Sequence record: MF402939
DNA: 64,000 nt
Reading direction: 5' to 3' (one strand)
From: Escherichia phage OSYSP
In this document: in pieces, positions 21,520-32,682 of the stretch
Layout of the letters: the number at the start of each line of letters is the position of its first letter
Position numbering within the stretch: position 1 is the first letter of the stretch
The notes under the pieces: model-generated
Databases searched by the model: none
Told to the model about the DNA's origin: nothing
What the model saw: the letters and a program-made list of their open reading frames with translations, nothing else
Position numbers and translations under genes: made by a program

Positions 21520-22917
21520 TTAGCCACCTGCTGTTACAGTAATCTGTTTAGTACCTTTAACTCCAGAACCATCTTTAGCAGTAGCTTCTACAGTTACTTC
21601 ACCAGTTTTAGTGGTGTCCGCAGTTAATAGGCCAGATTCTGGATCAATTGTAGCTGCATCACCGGCAGTGATAGCCCAAGTAACTTCCTTATTCTTTGCG
21701 GAAGAAGGAGTAACTTCAACACTCATTTGAAGAGTAGCCGAGTTATTTACTGTAGTAGCATCACCAGCAGATTTAACAGTAATTGCGGTTACAGCATTAG
21801 TAGCACCATCACCATTAACAATCAAGTTATTAATAGTTGTTTTGGTATATTTACTAGAGAAGCCTAAGTAACCTTCGTCACCAGCATCCAGATCAGATGG
21901 AATAGCTTTAAACTCTACTGAAGTACCAAGTACATCATCAGTTTCAATAGTAGGAATATTAACGTGTGCTTGTTTAGCTACCAGAATAGCCGCAGGACGT
22001 TCTTCATCGTATTCACCACCAAGTACTAGAGCAATTTCGAAGCGGTTAACTACCTTCAGAGTTTTGATAAGATCTTTATACAGCTCCATAGAACCAAGAG
22101 ACTTATCATTCAGATAAGCAGTTAATGAACCAGTTAATTCAAAAGCACCAGTAAATGAACCAATTGGAATATTAACACGAGACATAATATTCGGGGTTAG
22201 GTACGTGATGTTGTTATTAATAGTGAAAGTACCACCAGTAATAGGAATATCATAAGACTTATTGGTATCCATGTCTTTGATCTTCAAGATCGTTAGTTTG
22301 TTCTTAATATAAGAACCCTGGATAGTCATATAAGTTTCATCATCAATACCTAACTCATCTGGGTCAAATGGTTGCGCATCCAGAGGAATGAGCTGATTAC
22401 CATTACCAGACCAAGTTACACGGCCAATATCTTCGATATCAACGTTAACTTCTGCCTGATTAATCTGACAGGAATCGATATAACTCCATGCTTTATCAGT
22501 CAGAATATAAATATGTAACATTGCTAACTCATGGTAGGAGTTATCTTTGAAGTTAACCATGAAGTTAGCTTCGTTATTGTGTGCCCCTGTATTACCTTCT
22601 AAGTTAATAGCTTTACCACTAGAAAGTGCATGCCATAACATATAGTCAGGAACGATTTGCTTCTGATCATCTTTATTGATATAGGGCAGGATGTAAGTAG
22701 AGAAACTCCACTCAGCCGCGTTTAAAGAGTCATTAAAACGTTTAGAACCACGAGTTGGACGCGGACCAGCTTCATTAACAGTAATATCTGTTGAGTTACT
22801 GTCCTGACCCCAAGAAATATCATCCTGAACTAGAATCTCTTGCGTGTTGGTCTTATTATGACCAGTCTTAACCGTAGACACGAAGATTCGAGTATTACGT
22901 AATAGTTGTAAAGACAT
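21520..22917 (-). CDS. Major tail tube protein (T5 pb6-like) with C-terminal Ig-like domain
   Basis: 465 aa (T5 pb6 about 464); C-terminal Thr/Ala/Gly-rich beta-type segment typical of Ig-like decorations. Confidence 0.8.
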   Translation of the reverse strand: MSLQLLRNTRIFVSTVKTGHNKTNTQEILVQDDISWGQDSNSTDITVNEAGPRPTRGSKRFNDSLNAAEWSFSTYILPYINKDDQKQIVPDYMLWHALSSGKAINLEGNTGAHNNEANFMVNFKDNSYHELAMLHIYILTDKAWSYIDSCQINQAEVNVDIEDIGRVTWSGNGNQLIPLDAQPFDPDELGIDDETYMTIQGSYIKNKLTILKIKDMDTNKSYDIPITGGTFTINNNITYLTPNIMSRVNIPIGSFTGAFELTGSLTAYLNDKSLGSMELYKDLIKTLKVVNRFEIALVLGGEYDEERPAAILVAKQAHVNIPTIETDDVLGTSVEFKAIPSDLDAGDEGYLGFSSKYTKTTINNLIVNGDGATNAVTAITVKSAGDATTVNNSATLQMSVEVTPSSAKNKEVTWAITAGDAATIDPESGLLTADTTKTGEVTVEATAKDGSGVKGTKQITVTAGG

Positions 22918-22943
22918 TTAATTATTTTCTCCTAATCTGTAAC

Positions 22944-23429
22944 TTATCTGCGAAGTGACCTACGTGGAGGCTGATACCTCACTGTTACATTTATTTCTGC
23001 TAAACCATATGGGGCCAGTAGACCCTCATCTGTACTAACTGATGTAATGCTCATATCAGTCGCCTCACATGGGAAGGTCGATCCATTAGGTTTACTAACA
23101 GTATATTCTAAATTTCCACCTGTGTCAATAACGGTTTTTATATCCGCTACGAGTTTTTCAAGTTGCTCTTGAATGTCTGTTTTCTCTTTATCATACACCA
23201 GGATAGGAAGTTCTAAAAACATCCATTGTTGACCTGAGGGAAGATACTGCCCAGTTTCAGTTCCGATATGAACTGCAACATAAGGAAACTCTCGTATCTC
23301 CTCAAACTTATAAGTTTGACGTGAGACGTTTCCATACAAGTTATTAAAATATTCATCTGGTTGAGAGCCATCCATTTGTTTGGCTATTCGGTCAACCAGA
23401 GCTTGTGCTATACTTGTTCTGTGATCCAT
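22944..23429 (-). CDS. Tail completion protein (T5 p142-like)
   Basis: 161 aa; position between connector genes and tail tube. Confidence 0.55.
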   Translation of the reverse strand: MDHRTSIAQALVDRIAKQMDGSQPDEYFNNLYGNVSRQTYKFEEIREFPYVAVHIGTETGQYLPSGQQWMFLELPILVYDKEKTDIQEQLEKLVADIKTVIDTGGNLEYTVSKPNGSTFPCEATDMSITSVSTDEGLLAPYGLAEINVTVRYQPPRRSLRR

Positions 23430-23432
23430 TTA

Positions 23433-24200
23433 TTAGGTTCCTTGATTAACCTTAATTTTGTACCTGGAGTGAATTAAGTCTCTTGCAGCTTTAGCTATCG
23501 CCTCTCCAATTAGTCTTTGGGGGTTTCTAGCACCTGGGTAGGGTCGTAATGACAATCTTCGATATGTAGATACTGCAGGATTAAATACTGAATATGGACG
23601 TACCATATAATTATATGTAACATTTAATTCAGGAGAACCTTTGCTAGTTCCAGCATCTCTAAGCATAACATCTTTAACTTTTAGAGAATTTGCAAAACGA
23701 CCTGTTCTAAATTTAAGTGGAGCTCCTGCTTTTTTCATATCCTTTATTAAGTATTCTTTAGCAACCAACTCCAGAATAACCTTCATATTACTATTTGATA
23801 CAAAACGACCAGAGGCACCTGTTACTGCACCAGAATATCCATCTTCTACGTCTCTAGGATCCCCAAAGTTTACTTGAACTCTACCAGTAGAACGTTTTTT
23901 ACCTACAGAGGATTTTTTACCAGCGGTTGCTTGAATAAGACTTTCTAAAGCACCTAAGTCTCCTGTTAGATCTAAGCTAGAAGAAACTGCTTTTAGAATA
24001 GAAGCGGTCCTAACATTAAGGAGATCTTGGGATACAGGTTTTGAGAACTTAAAAGATACCTGAGCAACAGTACCATCCCTAGTAGGATCTTTTAGTCCTG
24101 TTTCAACAGAGTATACAACAGTATTCTTATTGTTCTCGGAACGCCCAACATTATCTAGCTGCTCCTTAATAATTTGTGTAGCTAAATCAGAAAGAGACAT
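23433..24200 (-). CDS. Head-tail connector protein
   Basis: 255 aa; synteny. Confidence 0.5.
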   Translation of the reverse strand: MSLSDLATQIIKEQLDNVGRSENNKNTVVYSVETGLKDPTRDGTVAQVSFKFSKPVSQDLLNVRTASILKAVSSSLDLTGDLGALESLIQATAGKKSSVGKKRSTGRVQVNFGDPRDVEDGYSGAVTGASGRFVSNSNMKVILELVAKEYLIKDMKKAGAPLKFRTGRFANSLKVKDVMLRDAGTSKGSPELNVTYNYMVRPYSVFNPAVSTYRRLSLRPYPGARNPQRLIGEAIAKAARDLIHSRYKIKVNQGT

Positions 24201-24712
24201 TATACTCTCCTGTAAACTTCAATAATAGTACGAATATGCTCTGGAATACCAGATTTAGTATTATTAAATGTAACCGTTTCCCCACCAATTGTTTTAGCTT
24301 GACGGTAATCCTGTTTATGCCAATGATCTACTAGCATACATGCTGCAAGTTTGAGATCCTCAGGAATTGGGTTAAATCCACCTTGTGTGTACTCTACATC
24401 CATATAACCTTCTGGAGGACTAAATTTAAGAAGTATAACCCCATCAGAGTACAGCCTATATTGCTCAGGGTCTATCTCCTTATCATTAATAGTCATTTTG
24501 GTCACTGAAGTAGCCGAGGGAGAGCTTAAAAAGTATTTTTTACGAGTAGGTTTTGTATTGATTAACTGGTCTACCGCATCAGCATCATCCATACCTAAAA
24601 GGCTAGTAATCAGCGCATTGGCAGCAGTAATCATCATTTCTACTCCAGACTCTAGTTCAGGTCGTTTTAACCCGCCGTATAATCTATAGTCTTCAGCTGT
24701 GATTATTTGCAT
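24200..24712 (-). CDS. Head completion / adaptor protein
   Basis: 170 aa directly downstream of major capsid gene. Confidence 0.5.
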   Translation of the reverse strand: MQIITAEDYRLYGGLKRPELESGVEMMITAANALITSLLGMDDADAVDQLINTKPTRKKYFLSSPSATSVTKMTINDKEIDPEQYRLYSDGVILLKFSPPEGYMDVEYTQGGFNPIPEDLKLAACMLVDHWHKQDYRQAKTIGGETVTFNNTKSGIPEHIRTIIEVYRRV

Positions 24713-24770
24713 TTATTTTTCCCAATAAAAAAGAGAGCCGAAGCTCTCCTTATCGGCTGAAAAGCCTGTA

Positions 24771-26147
24771 TTAAGATGCAGCGTAAGCACCAGATACAAC
24801 GCCATTTGCAAAGTAACGTTGCAGGTTAACACGCTGAGTAACGTAGTATGCGTCACGCTGTTTACCAGCTTGGCGCTCACGTTCAACAGTAACAGCACGC
24901 TGGCGTGGCATTACGAAGTTATCTTTATAAACAATAACTGCGAACTCTGCGGAAGTAGCTTTAGCTGGGAAGTATTCTGAAACTACAACCGGCAGACCAT
25001 AAATACGACCAACCTGACCCTGCAGTTTAACAGCATCATTACCAACTTGGGCAACATCCTGCCATTCTTCATCTTCCAGCAGATCGTAGTAAGCATCCAT
25101 AGATACAATCAGTACCAGTTTGGACAGTTTCAGACCATGGCGGCCCAGTTTACGACGCAGTTTAGAGATAGTTTTAGCAGTTACCAGTACGGAACCATCA
25201 GCTTTAGCTTCAGTAATAACTTTAGCACTATCTTCACTAGCAAGAGTCAGCAGACCTTTCGGCTTACCGGAACCATCACCAGTCATGAAGGCTTCTTCAA
25301 TAGAAACAGCGTGTGCTTCAATCAGACGCTTACGAAGCAGTGGCAGCAGGGAGAAGATTGCATCTTCTTCAGTTTCATCAGTAATGAAGGATTTAGCAGC
25401 CAGTTTGTAAGTACTGAAGTGGATCTCTTTAAGAGCTCCTTTAACTTCCTCACCAGTAGTTGTATCGGTACCATAAGTAGAAGCAGCAACCCAAGTAGCT
25501 TTACCAGCATCCGGTTCAACCAGCATAGTAAGAATCTTACTGGACATCGGCAGTTCTTCGAACAGTGCGCCAACTACCAGCTCTTTCTGCAGGTCACGGA
25601 TAATACGCTGAGAGAAAATAGTTTCATAGCTTTCACTAGAAACTTCTACAGAAGAAGACTGATTCACTGCTTTCAGGTGTCTCTGACCATGCTCGGTCTC
25701 GAATACGCCTTTTTCCATTACATAAGATAACAGAACCAGTTTTTCAACTTCATCTTCAAAGTTTTCCTGAGTACCGTACAGTGCTTTAGCAACACTATCA
25801 CCAACGAAGGAACGACCTTCACGAGCTGTTAGCAGAGATTTGATTTCGTCTTGAAGACCGACAATAGTTTCCTGTTGTTTTTCTACAGTTTGTGCAAACA
25901 GTTCTGCGCTCTTCTTAGATTTCTCATCCAGAGACTTAACCAGATCCAGAGCCTCTTCCAGACGCTTACGGTCTTCACCAACAGCTTTAGAAACCAGGTC
26001 ATTCATACGAGCCAGTTCTTTTTCTTCCTGCTCTTTACGCATACGTTCAGCTTCCTGAGCTTTCTGAGCAGCGGTCAGACCTTCCAGAGATTTAGCCAGA
26101 TCACCCAGACCAAGTTCTTCTTTCAGCTTATTAATATCAATAGTCAT
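24771..26147 (-). CDS. Major capsid protein precursor (T5 pb8-like) with N-terminal scaffolding delta domain
   Basis: 458 aa as in T5 pb8; N-terminal 150 aa is a charged coiled coil; followed by HK97-fold-like body. Confidence 0.85.
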   Translation of the reverse strand: MTIDINKLKEELGLGDLAKSLEGLTAAQKAQEAERMRKEQEEKELARMNDLVSKAVGEDRKRLEEALDLVKSLDEKSKKSAELFAQTVEKQQETIVGLQDEIKSLLTAREGRSFVGDSVAKALYGTQENFEDEVEKLVLLSYVMEKGVFETEHGQRHLKAVNQSSSVEVSSESYETIFSQRIIRDLQKELVVGALFEELPMSSKILTMLVEPDAGKATWVAASTYGTDTTTGEEVKGALKEIHFSTYKLAAKSFITDETEEDAIFSLLPLLRKRLIEAHAVSIEEAFMTGDGSGKPKGLLTLASEDSAKVITEAKADGSVLVTAKTISKLRRKLGRHGLKLSKLVLIVSMDAYYDLLEDEEWQDVAQVGNDAVKLQGQVGRIYGLPVVVSEYFPAKATSAEFAVIVYKDNFVMPRQRAVTVERERQAGKQRDAYYVTQRVNLQRYFANGVVSGAYAAS

Positions 26148-26164
26148 TTTTAAATAATTCTCCG

Positions 26165-26797
26165 TTATTCTTTAACGTAGCCTAAAGCTATCGCAAGTTT
26201 TTCTAGTTCAGAAAGATTACGTTCTTGAGCTGGGACAGCTTTAGAACTTATTGCAGTAAAAGATTTACGCCATTCAGTATAATCATGACCATTCATGCTC
26301 TTAGCGAGATTGAATGTTGAGTCCTGATTACAAGGTACAGAAACTACCGAAACTTCGTATAGTTCTAAATCTTTAATAATAAATATATCAGTAGCTTCAT
26401 CCCACTCTGCATCTAGGCAGCGGAATCCGATACTAAAAGTTTTCAGTACACCGTTTTTAATTAGTGAAAAGATAGCCGGGTCAGAACTTTCATAGATCTC
26501 GCATTCGATTTCGAGACCCATTTCAGTAGGGTTAAGATCAATACACTTACCGATTGGACGACGATGATCGTGTCCGAAAAGAATAATCGGGTTTTTCATA
26601 TAGTTAGTAAGTGCATTAGATGTTTTCCACGCAGAAGCAGGAATTACATCACCAGCGCGATCTTTACTAATTGTATTAGCGAATCCACGGATTTTTACAA
26701 CGCCCTCTTTGGATTCGCTATCAATAGATTTAATATAAGCATCTAAATGAACGGGTGCTGATTTTAACTTGTTATAGTCAATAGCAGCTTGTGTCAT
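26165..26797 (-). CDS. Prohead protease (T5 pb11-like)
   Basis: 210 aa, located between decoration protein and capsid genes. Confidence 0.75.
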   Translation of the reverse strand: MTQAAIDYNKLKSAPVHLDAYIKSIDSESKEGVVKIRGFANTISKDRAGDVIPASAWKTSNALTNYMKNPIILFGHDHRRPIGKCIDLNPTEMGLEIECEIYESSDPAIFSLIKNGVLKTFSIGFRCLDAEWDEATDIFIIKDLELYEVSVVSVPCNQDSTFNLAKSMNGHDYTEWRKSFTAISSKAVPAQERNLSELEKLAIALGYVKE

Positions 26798-26800
26798 TTA

Positions 26801-27295
26801 TTAGCCTCCAGGAACAGTAGGATTAACTGTCACAGCACATGCAGTAGAATCCTTACTTACTTGCTTACTATCTGTTACAGTTACTTTATAAGAACCGGCA
26901 TCCCCAGCTGCTGCTGTAGGCTTAGTATAGGTAGCTCCTGAAGCATCCGGAATAGGAGAACCATCTTTAGTCCATGCATAAGTATATGGACCAGTACCAC
27001 CAGTTGCAGTAACAGAAAGTGTTAATGCTGCTCCCTCTTCAACTGACATGCTAGCAGTTAAATCTTTAGAAAGAGTTAACGGTGGGGCCGGTGGAGTAGG
27101 AGGAACTGCTTTACCATAAGCCTCTACAAATTTCTTCCATACTTTACGGTTAGTATGCGCAGATGAAAGCCCTAGTTCTCTACGCAGAAAAGCATAGCTA
27201 GGAACATATTTATGCGCAGCAACCGTAGCAAAGAAGATATGAGATTCTGGCAGTTTTTCACCAAAAATGGTCTTTAGACCATTATAATCAATCAT
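26801..27295 (-). CDS. Capsid decoration protein (T5 pb10-like) with Ig-like domain
   Basis: 164 aa; Pro-rich linker PPTPPAPP followed by Thr-rich beta domain. Confidence 0.7.
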   Translation of the reverse strand: MIDYNGLKTIFGEKLPESHIFFATVAAHKYVPSYAFLRRELGLSSAHTNRKVWKKFVEAYGKAVPPTPPAPPLTLSKDLTASMSVEEGAALTLSVTATGGTGPYTYAWTKDGSPIPDASGATYTKPTAAAGDAGSYKVTVTDSKQVSKDSTACAVTVNPTVPGG

Positions 27296-28509
27296 TCTTT
27301 ATCTCCCTCGGTGGAACCTTGAGGTCTACCACCTTCTTGACCAGATACACCTGTTGCAGAACCAGCAACGTTAGCAGGAATACGAATCCTATCCATCTGC
27401 TCATCATCTAAAGGTTCCAGGTTCAGCTCTAAACGAGCTTCGTTACCAGTCATAATACCATTATTAACCAATGAGGTTAAATGTTTAGCCTCAGCTTCTT
27501 TATCTGGTGTTAATGCAGCTACCTCCTTAGTATTAGGGGTAATCTTATAACCAAAAAAGAAAGTAAGAGAACTAGTCAGTTTGTTCAGCATAGGAATGAT
27601 AGTCATATAATAGAACAATTCGATGTTTGGTCGAATATTCGCATTATTACCACCATCAAGCAGTACTTGCGGAACTCCAAAGGCTAGACAAATAGATTTA
27701 TTAAATCCTTCGATGTCTTCCTTAAAGTCTAGATCTTTAAAAGAGGATATTTGGGAGTACGGTTTAGCTTTCATACCACCATCTAGAATCAGGACAGAAG
27801 ACTGACCAGTACTAGGATTATAATCGAGTTGTAATTCTTCTTGTTTACGCTCACGCAATTTCTTGTTCAGGATTTCATCCGTCTCAAGAATAAGACCAAT
27901 CACGGTTCCATTATCTAGGAATTTCTCTTTAAAGTTAAGCATCTTGGAACGCTTCTCAAGAGAATCAATAACAGTAGCAACACGAGATTGTCCAGAAATT
28001 TGAGAATTTGTGCCGCACACGTAACTGTTATCCTTTATAAAGATAATCTCATCTACGCGATAGTCTATCTGATTATTAAATATAAATTTTTTGATAAACT
28101 TATTGGCATCTGCCTCGACCTGCATAAGAGCAGCCGGGACATGGTAAAGCGATGTGCCATCCCAATAGATGTATGCACAACCTTCAAAAAGTAGGTCAGT
28201 GACTACAAGTCTACGGAATGTGCTTATATCCATGAATGGATTAGGTCGTACATTTAAGAGAGTGTCTAGAGTCTTTGTTTTGACGCCATTAGCGTACGTA
28301 ACAATATTATATTTATCTCCGACAGTATAAGAACACTCCGCCGCACTATCTATAACCATATTGGCAGTTCGATTGAGAATCTCAATCTTGCTATAGGCTT
28401 GTCCAGTGGTAAAAGGCTTACGGTTAGTGCGATGACTAACTGGTTCCATGTCTCTTATAATACGTTGACCCGGATTTAACTTTTCAGTAATCCAGCTTTT
28501 TAAACCCAT
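27292..28509 (-). CDS. Portal protein (T5 pb7-like)
   Basis: 405 aa; position between terminase and protease. Confidence 0.8.
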   Translation of the reverse strand: MGLKSWITEKLNPGQRIIRDMEPVSHRTNRKPFTTGQAYSKIEILNRTANMVIDSAAECSYTVGDKYNIVTYANGVKTKTLDTLLNVRPNPFMDISTFRRLVVTDLLFEGCAYIYWDGTSLYHVPAALMQVEADANKFIKKFIFNNQIDYRVDEIIFIKDNSYVCGTNSQISGQSRVATVIDSLEKRSKMLNFKEKFLDNGTVIGLILETDEILNKKLRERKQEELQLDYNPSTGQSSVLILDGGMKAKPYSQISSFKDLDFKEDIEGFNKSICLAFGVPQVLLDGGNNANIRPNIELFYYMTIIPMLNKLTSSLTFFFGYKITPNTKEVAALTPDKEAEAKHLTSLVNNGIMTGNEARLELNLEPLDDEQMDRIRIPANVAGSATGVSGQEGGRPQGSTEGDKE

Positions 28510-29033
28510 TATAAGAACCTTGCGAATCCTGATTTTATTTCAGTCTTGACTTGTGTCTTTTCTTGAGGATTCTGTAATTTGTCTTTCTGCTTTTGAACCC
28601 ATGCTTTCTGTTTATTAGCAGAAAATAATGGAGGTTCTTTCGTGTAAACCTTATGTAATAGTTGGTGATGGTGTACACAAAGGGTAACAGTGTCTTCTAC
28701 TAGCTCATGCCTATATCGATCATAGAATGCCGTCCTATTTGAAAGGACTGTTTCTTCGTCAGTGAAATCCAATTGGAGTTCTTTAGCAAATTTTTTAACT
28801 AGTAGAGACACCGTATGGTAATGATGAAGCTCTAATTCTTCAGCACAACCGCAGATAGCACATTGAGAGTCTTTTTTATATTGACTTTTTATTCCGTCTC
28901 TCATAAGGGATATAGCATCGCGTTTATATTTTATATTGCTTGCCATAGTGTTCTCCTCAACTGTATGAATATAGTATACATAATCGTATCGAATTTGTAA
29001 AGGGGATTTTAAAATACAGGAATGGGATACCAA
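28509..29033 (-). CDS. HNH-type endonuclease (true start probably MASNIKY near 28946)
   Basis: CAICGC...ELHHYH...LCVHHHQLLH His/Cys motifs typical of HNH; lies between portal and large terminase. Confidence 0.55.
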   Translation of the reverse strand: MVSHSCILKSPLQIRYDYVYYIHTVEENTMASNIKYKRDAISLMRDGIKSQYKKDSQCAICGCAEELELHHYHTVSLLVKKFAKELQLDFTDEETVLSNRTAFYDRYRHELVEDTVTLCVHHHQLLHKVYTKEPPLFSANKQKAWVQKQKDKLQNPQEKTQVKTEIKSGFARFL

Positions 29034-29060
29034 CTGAGTAGTATCCCATCCTATACTTAT

Positions 29061-30377
29061 TTATTTACCACGGGAAATAGAGTAAATTCCATAGCGGAGC
29101 GCATCACAAAGGTGAGAGTTAGCATCATGACGTGGTTTTTCACGTGATAATTTCTCTTCACCTTCTTGGAAGTCCCACTTATAGTTCTGCAATGCATGAA
29201 TTAGGGAGGAACATGAGGCATCTACAATAATCTTGCCCTGCTGAAATAACGCTTGCAAACATGCTAGGCCATCTAGAACAGATTTTTTAGCTGGAGCTGA
29301 TGCAATTTCATGCTCATAAGCTAAGTCCTGGCGGAACTGAGCAGCGGCAGAGTCAACAAAAATACGATCAACTTTATAACGATCTATACAGTGCTGAATA
29401 TAAGCAGCATGCTGAGCTGTAGTTTTCTCCACCTGCTGGTACTCTTCTAATACATAGTAAGTATCCGTATCGTAATGATATTTAATAGTAAGAACTGCTG
29501 TAGGATCACGATAACCAACGTCAATACCAAGCAACGTTTCGAATGCTTCATCATCTTTAAAGAAGTGGCGCATACCTTTGAGGTCTTTAACATGATCGAT
29601 AGCATTAAAAGTATCAAAGATCTGGCCTTCAAATACAGAGAAGTCAGCCTCGTATTCCTGGCGGAAGTAGTTTTTACTAACTGTACGACGTGCTTCCTCA
29701 ATGTCATTCAAATCAGCACGTGGGTTATCACGATATGTACCATGAATAGATACCCAGTTAGGCAACGTATCATCAAATCCGTAGGCGTAAAACTCTTTAA
29801 ACCAGTTACCCCCACGAGGGGTGGAAATAAATAGAGCCTTAGAATTAGGTTTATCTAGAGTAGGACGCAGCTGAACCCTGAAGGCATCACCACCCACATC
29901 GGAAATTGCCGCCTCGTCAAAGATGATAAAATCATATGAACGTCCAACTGCGGAGTCAGCCTGAGCCGCGGAAGCTAGTTTAAATAGGGAACCATTTGCC
30001 AGTTCAATCTCTTTATCTTTAGCGTTTTCACGTTCGGTTTGTAGGCCGTACTTCTTAATAAGACCACGAATCTGAGACCACCCGATATTGGCCAGTGAGT
30101 AGTTAGGGGCAACTACTAGTACCTTCACATTAGGTTCCAGCAATTTTAGGAACCCAAGAGTATATGCGATGAAGGATTTACCTACACGGCGTGATACACA
30201 CGCCGTTACAAAACGATGTCTAGGGTCCTCTAGAGCATTAATAATCGCTATTTGAGGGCCATTAGGTGTAATACCCTCTTGTGCTAGTATTCCCGAAACA
30301 GGTAGACGGAAGAAACGTTTGTCTATTCCGAAATCAATAACATCTACTGTGTTAACGTAGGGTCTTGATACTTCCAT
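29061..30377 (-). CDS. Terminase large subunit
   Basis: 438 aa; Walker A-like RRVGKSF, Walker B-like DFIIFDEAA, C-terminal nuclease-like region. Confidence 0.85.
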   Translation of the reverse strand: MEVSRPYVNTVDVIDFGIDKRFFRLPVSGILAQEGITPNGPQIAIINALEDPRHRFVTACVSRRVGKSFIAYTLGFLKLLEPNVKVLVVAPNYSLANIGWSQIRGLIKKYGLQTERENAKDKEIELANGSLFKLASAAQADSAVGRSYDFIIFDEAAISDVGGDAFRVQLRPTLDKPNSKALFISTPRGGNWFKEFYAYGFDDTLPNWVSIHGTYRDNPRADLNDIEEARRTVSKNYFRQEYEADFSVFEGQIFDTFNAIDHVKDLKGMRHFFKDDEAFETLLGIDVGYRDPTAVLTIKYHYDTDTYYVLEEYQQVEKTTAQHAAYIQHCIDRYKVDRIFVDSAAAQFRQDLAYEHEIASAPAKKSVLDGLACLQALFQQGKIIVDASCSSLIHALQNYKWDFQEGEEKLSREKPRHDANSHLCDALRYGIYSISRGK

Positions 30378-30859
30378 TACTTCTTACCTCCAGTAGCTAG
30401 GGAAGTAATTAAGTCCATGTAGTTTTGATCCCCAGCTCCAGCAATAATATTATTCTGGATGTTGGTCTGATTGGCTGGAGTACGGGCTGCTGCCTTCACT
30501 TTCTCCAGTTCTACCATCATTTTCATTTCTTCCATCTTCATCTTGTGTGCCTTCCAGAGAATGTTCATAATATCCTGGTCAGAACCCATGCCGGTTTCTT
30601 CTAGTTCCTCCAGCTTACGCTTGATAACTTCATCCAGAACACCAAATAAACGATCCCTATTACGGAAACCACTCTCCATAAAAATATCATTTAAGTAGTT
30701 CTTAACTTCACTACGATTCATAATATCTCGGAAAGCAATTTCTGACATTCCAAGACTACGTGCGGCAGAAGGCACATCGCTGCCACACTGTAAATAAGCT
30801 TCAATCACATCCATCCCCTCAGGGGACATAAGATCTGGTACTAATACATCATTTGCCAT
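30377..30859 (-). CDS. Terminase small subunit (putative)
   Basis: 160 aa directly upstream of TerL; N-terminal HTH-like [15 protein letters not shown]; Met/Glu-rich coiled coil. Confidence 0.6.
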   Translation of the reverse strand: MANDVLVPDLMSPEGMDVIEAYLQCGSDVPSAARSLGMSEIAFRDIMNRSEVKNYLNDIFMESGFRNRDRLFGVLDEVIKRKLEELEETGMGSDQDIMNILWKAHKMKMEEMKMMVELEKVKAAARTPANQTNIQNNIIAGAGDQNYMDLITSLATGGKK

Positions 30860-30869
30860 ATTTCCTCCT

Positions 30870-32657
30870 TTAGGTAAGGCGTTGAACTGTTACTCTTAAT
30901 CTCGGTAGGAAAATAGCTGCAGCCTCATCAGCGTGAATAATTACGCCCAATTCAGCATTACCATTTCCTAGATTTTTAATAGTATAAATATATCCGTTTC
31001 TTCTAAATGTTAACTCATCAGGTCTACTTGCCCAAGTTTGAGTATAGCTGTATGCAGTAGTGGAGTGATAAGGGACTAAGTATCCAGGAGGTAAGGTTAA
31101 TATTTGATGGAATATTCCATCACCTTCCGTGTAACTATGCTGTCTTCTTCCTTGTACTTGCCAAGCAACACCACCATATGTGCGTATAGCTCCTCCTGCG
31201 GTATTAATATTCCCCATGATAACTTCAGTAGTTAATATTACTGTTGCGTTAGCGTTAGGCAATCCTAATCCTATGGTGGCCAAAGCTCTATAGTAGTTAC
31301 CTGCTCCAGGATATGTTGGAGTTATATCATCGCCAACGTAAGTGCTAGCAACATTATTAGGAAATAGTCTTAAGGGTACAGTACTAGGACTCCACACAGC
31401 TCCATGCTCATTACCTATAGTGTTATTACTTGAGTTTACGTACCATTGCTTACCCGCTCCGAATTTGTAAATACTAATTTGAGACTTAGCCCCTCCATAA
31501 TCTACGGGAGACCATAAAGATCCATTACTAGATCCTACAATTTCACAGCGCGCAGTAGTATCCCCGAAGGCTCCAGTGTACGCTGCGTTATTTCCAATGT
31601 ACTCCATATCTGGCCTATAGCCTAAGTTACCAAAAGCATTTTGGTTGATAAACTTATATCCAGTATTTGGTAAACTAACCCCTTTTATAGTAAAATTAGA
31701 TGGAGTTATAAGTATATCTGACCCAGTAAATGGATTACCGGATACGCCCATATTACCATTAGAGTACCTTAGATTAAGTACATACCAAATAACTTTGGTA
31801 GGTGTAATATTATAACCATCCTGCACATATACTTTCTTAGCGGCCTGTGCTGCTAGATTAGATGTTGAACCTTTACATATATAAACCTTATCAGGGTAAG
31901 TAGGAGATTGGTACAATAAGTTAACATTATCGGGTACTGTGCCTTTTTTACCTACGTAACTTCGTATATTAGAGTTACAAACGTAAAAACAATTATGCCC
32001 TCTATGGGCGGCCCCTATAGGAGCTTGCCAGTTAGGATGCCAGTAGTCAGCATTACCACCGTCTATAGGTACTGTAGACGCTCCCGCTGGAAATCCTGCT
32101 AAAGTCCATGCCCTACCTATAGCCTCACCAGCATATGCTCCTCCCGGCCTATATAAATTAAACCCGGAGGCTTGAGATATAGTACCTCCTGTACCTTGCC
32201 TAGCAATTGATTCTTCATGGCCTAAACCAGAGTTATAAATATAGGTGCCATGTGCTAAACTATTACCTGATGCAAAAGCTGACGTAAGACCTACTTCTGC
32301 ACCTGCCCTACCAATAGGCGGATCTTCAAAAAATGTAGTAAATTGACCAACTTGAGATTGAGTACCATTAAGAAAAGCCCTATGAGTACCATTAATCTCA
32401 ATAGCAGTTAGTATAACTCTACCTGGGTCATTGGATTTAATATTTATTATGTCAGAAGGCATCTGACATACAAAAAACCCATTTCCGGCATTACCTAGCC
32501 CAGCCTCGTAAGTACCATCAACTAGGACAAATGGCATATCACTATGAAAAATACTATTGGCATTTGGACTATAGTGACGATTAATGTCACCCCCAGATTC
32601 AGTATTTAAAGATAGTACGGTCTTACCATCGCTATACTTTCCAGCGAAAAAACCCAT
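30870..32657 (-). CDS. Receptor-binding tail protein (T5 pb5-like)
   Basis: 595 aa; Gly/Asn/Tyr-rich; divergent from and adjacent to a lipoprotein gene exactly as the T5 oad-llp pair. Confidence 0.7.
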   Translation of the reverse strand: MGFFAGKYSDGKTVLSLNTESGGDINRHYSPNANSIFHSDMPFVLVDGTYEAGLGNAGNGFFVCQMPSDIINIKSNDPGRVILTAIEINGTHRAFLNGTQSQVGQFTTFFEDPPIGRAGAEVGLTSAFASGNSLAHGTYIYNSGLGHEESIARQGTGGTISQASGFNLYRPGGAYAGEAIGRAWTLAGFPAGASTVPIDGGNADYWHPNWQAPIGAAHRGHNCFYVCNSNIRSYVGKKGTVPDNVNLLYQSPTYPDKVYICKGSTSNLAAQAAKKVYVQDGYNITPTKVIWYVLNLRYSNGNMGVSGNPFTGSDILITPSNFTIKGVSLPNTGYKFINQNAFGNLGYRPDMEYIGNNAAYTGAFGDTTARCEIVGSSNGSLWSPVDYGGAKSQISIYKFGAGKQWYVNSSNNTIGNEHGAVWSPSTVPLRLFPNNVASTYVGDDITPTYPGAGNYYRALATIGLGLPNANATVILTTEVIMGNINTAGGAIRTYGGVAWQVQGRRQHSYTEGDGIFHQILTLPPGYLVPYHSTTAYSYTQTWASRPDELTFRRNGYIYTIKNLGNGNAELGVIIHADEAAAIFLPRLRVTVQRLT

Positions 32658-32682
32658 ATAATCTCCTATTATAAAAATGTAT

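Noticed and set aside
25047-25730. 227-aa + strand ORF antisense to the major capsid gene (and similar antisense ORFs at 1347..2111, 4074..4673, 19115..19429, 36272..36601)
   Set aside because: Each is fully contained in a confidently assigned gene on the opposite strand, lacks a ribosome-binding site and has a biased low-complexity composition.
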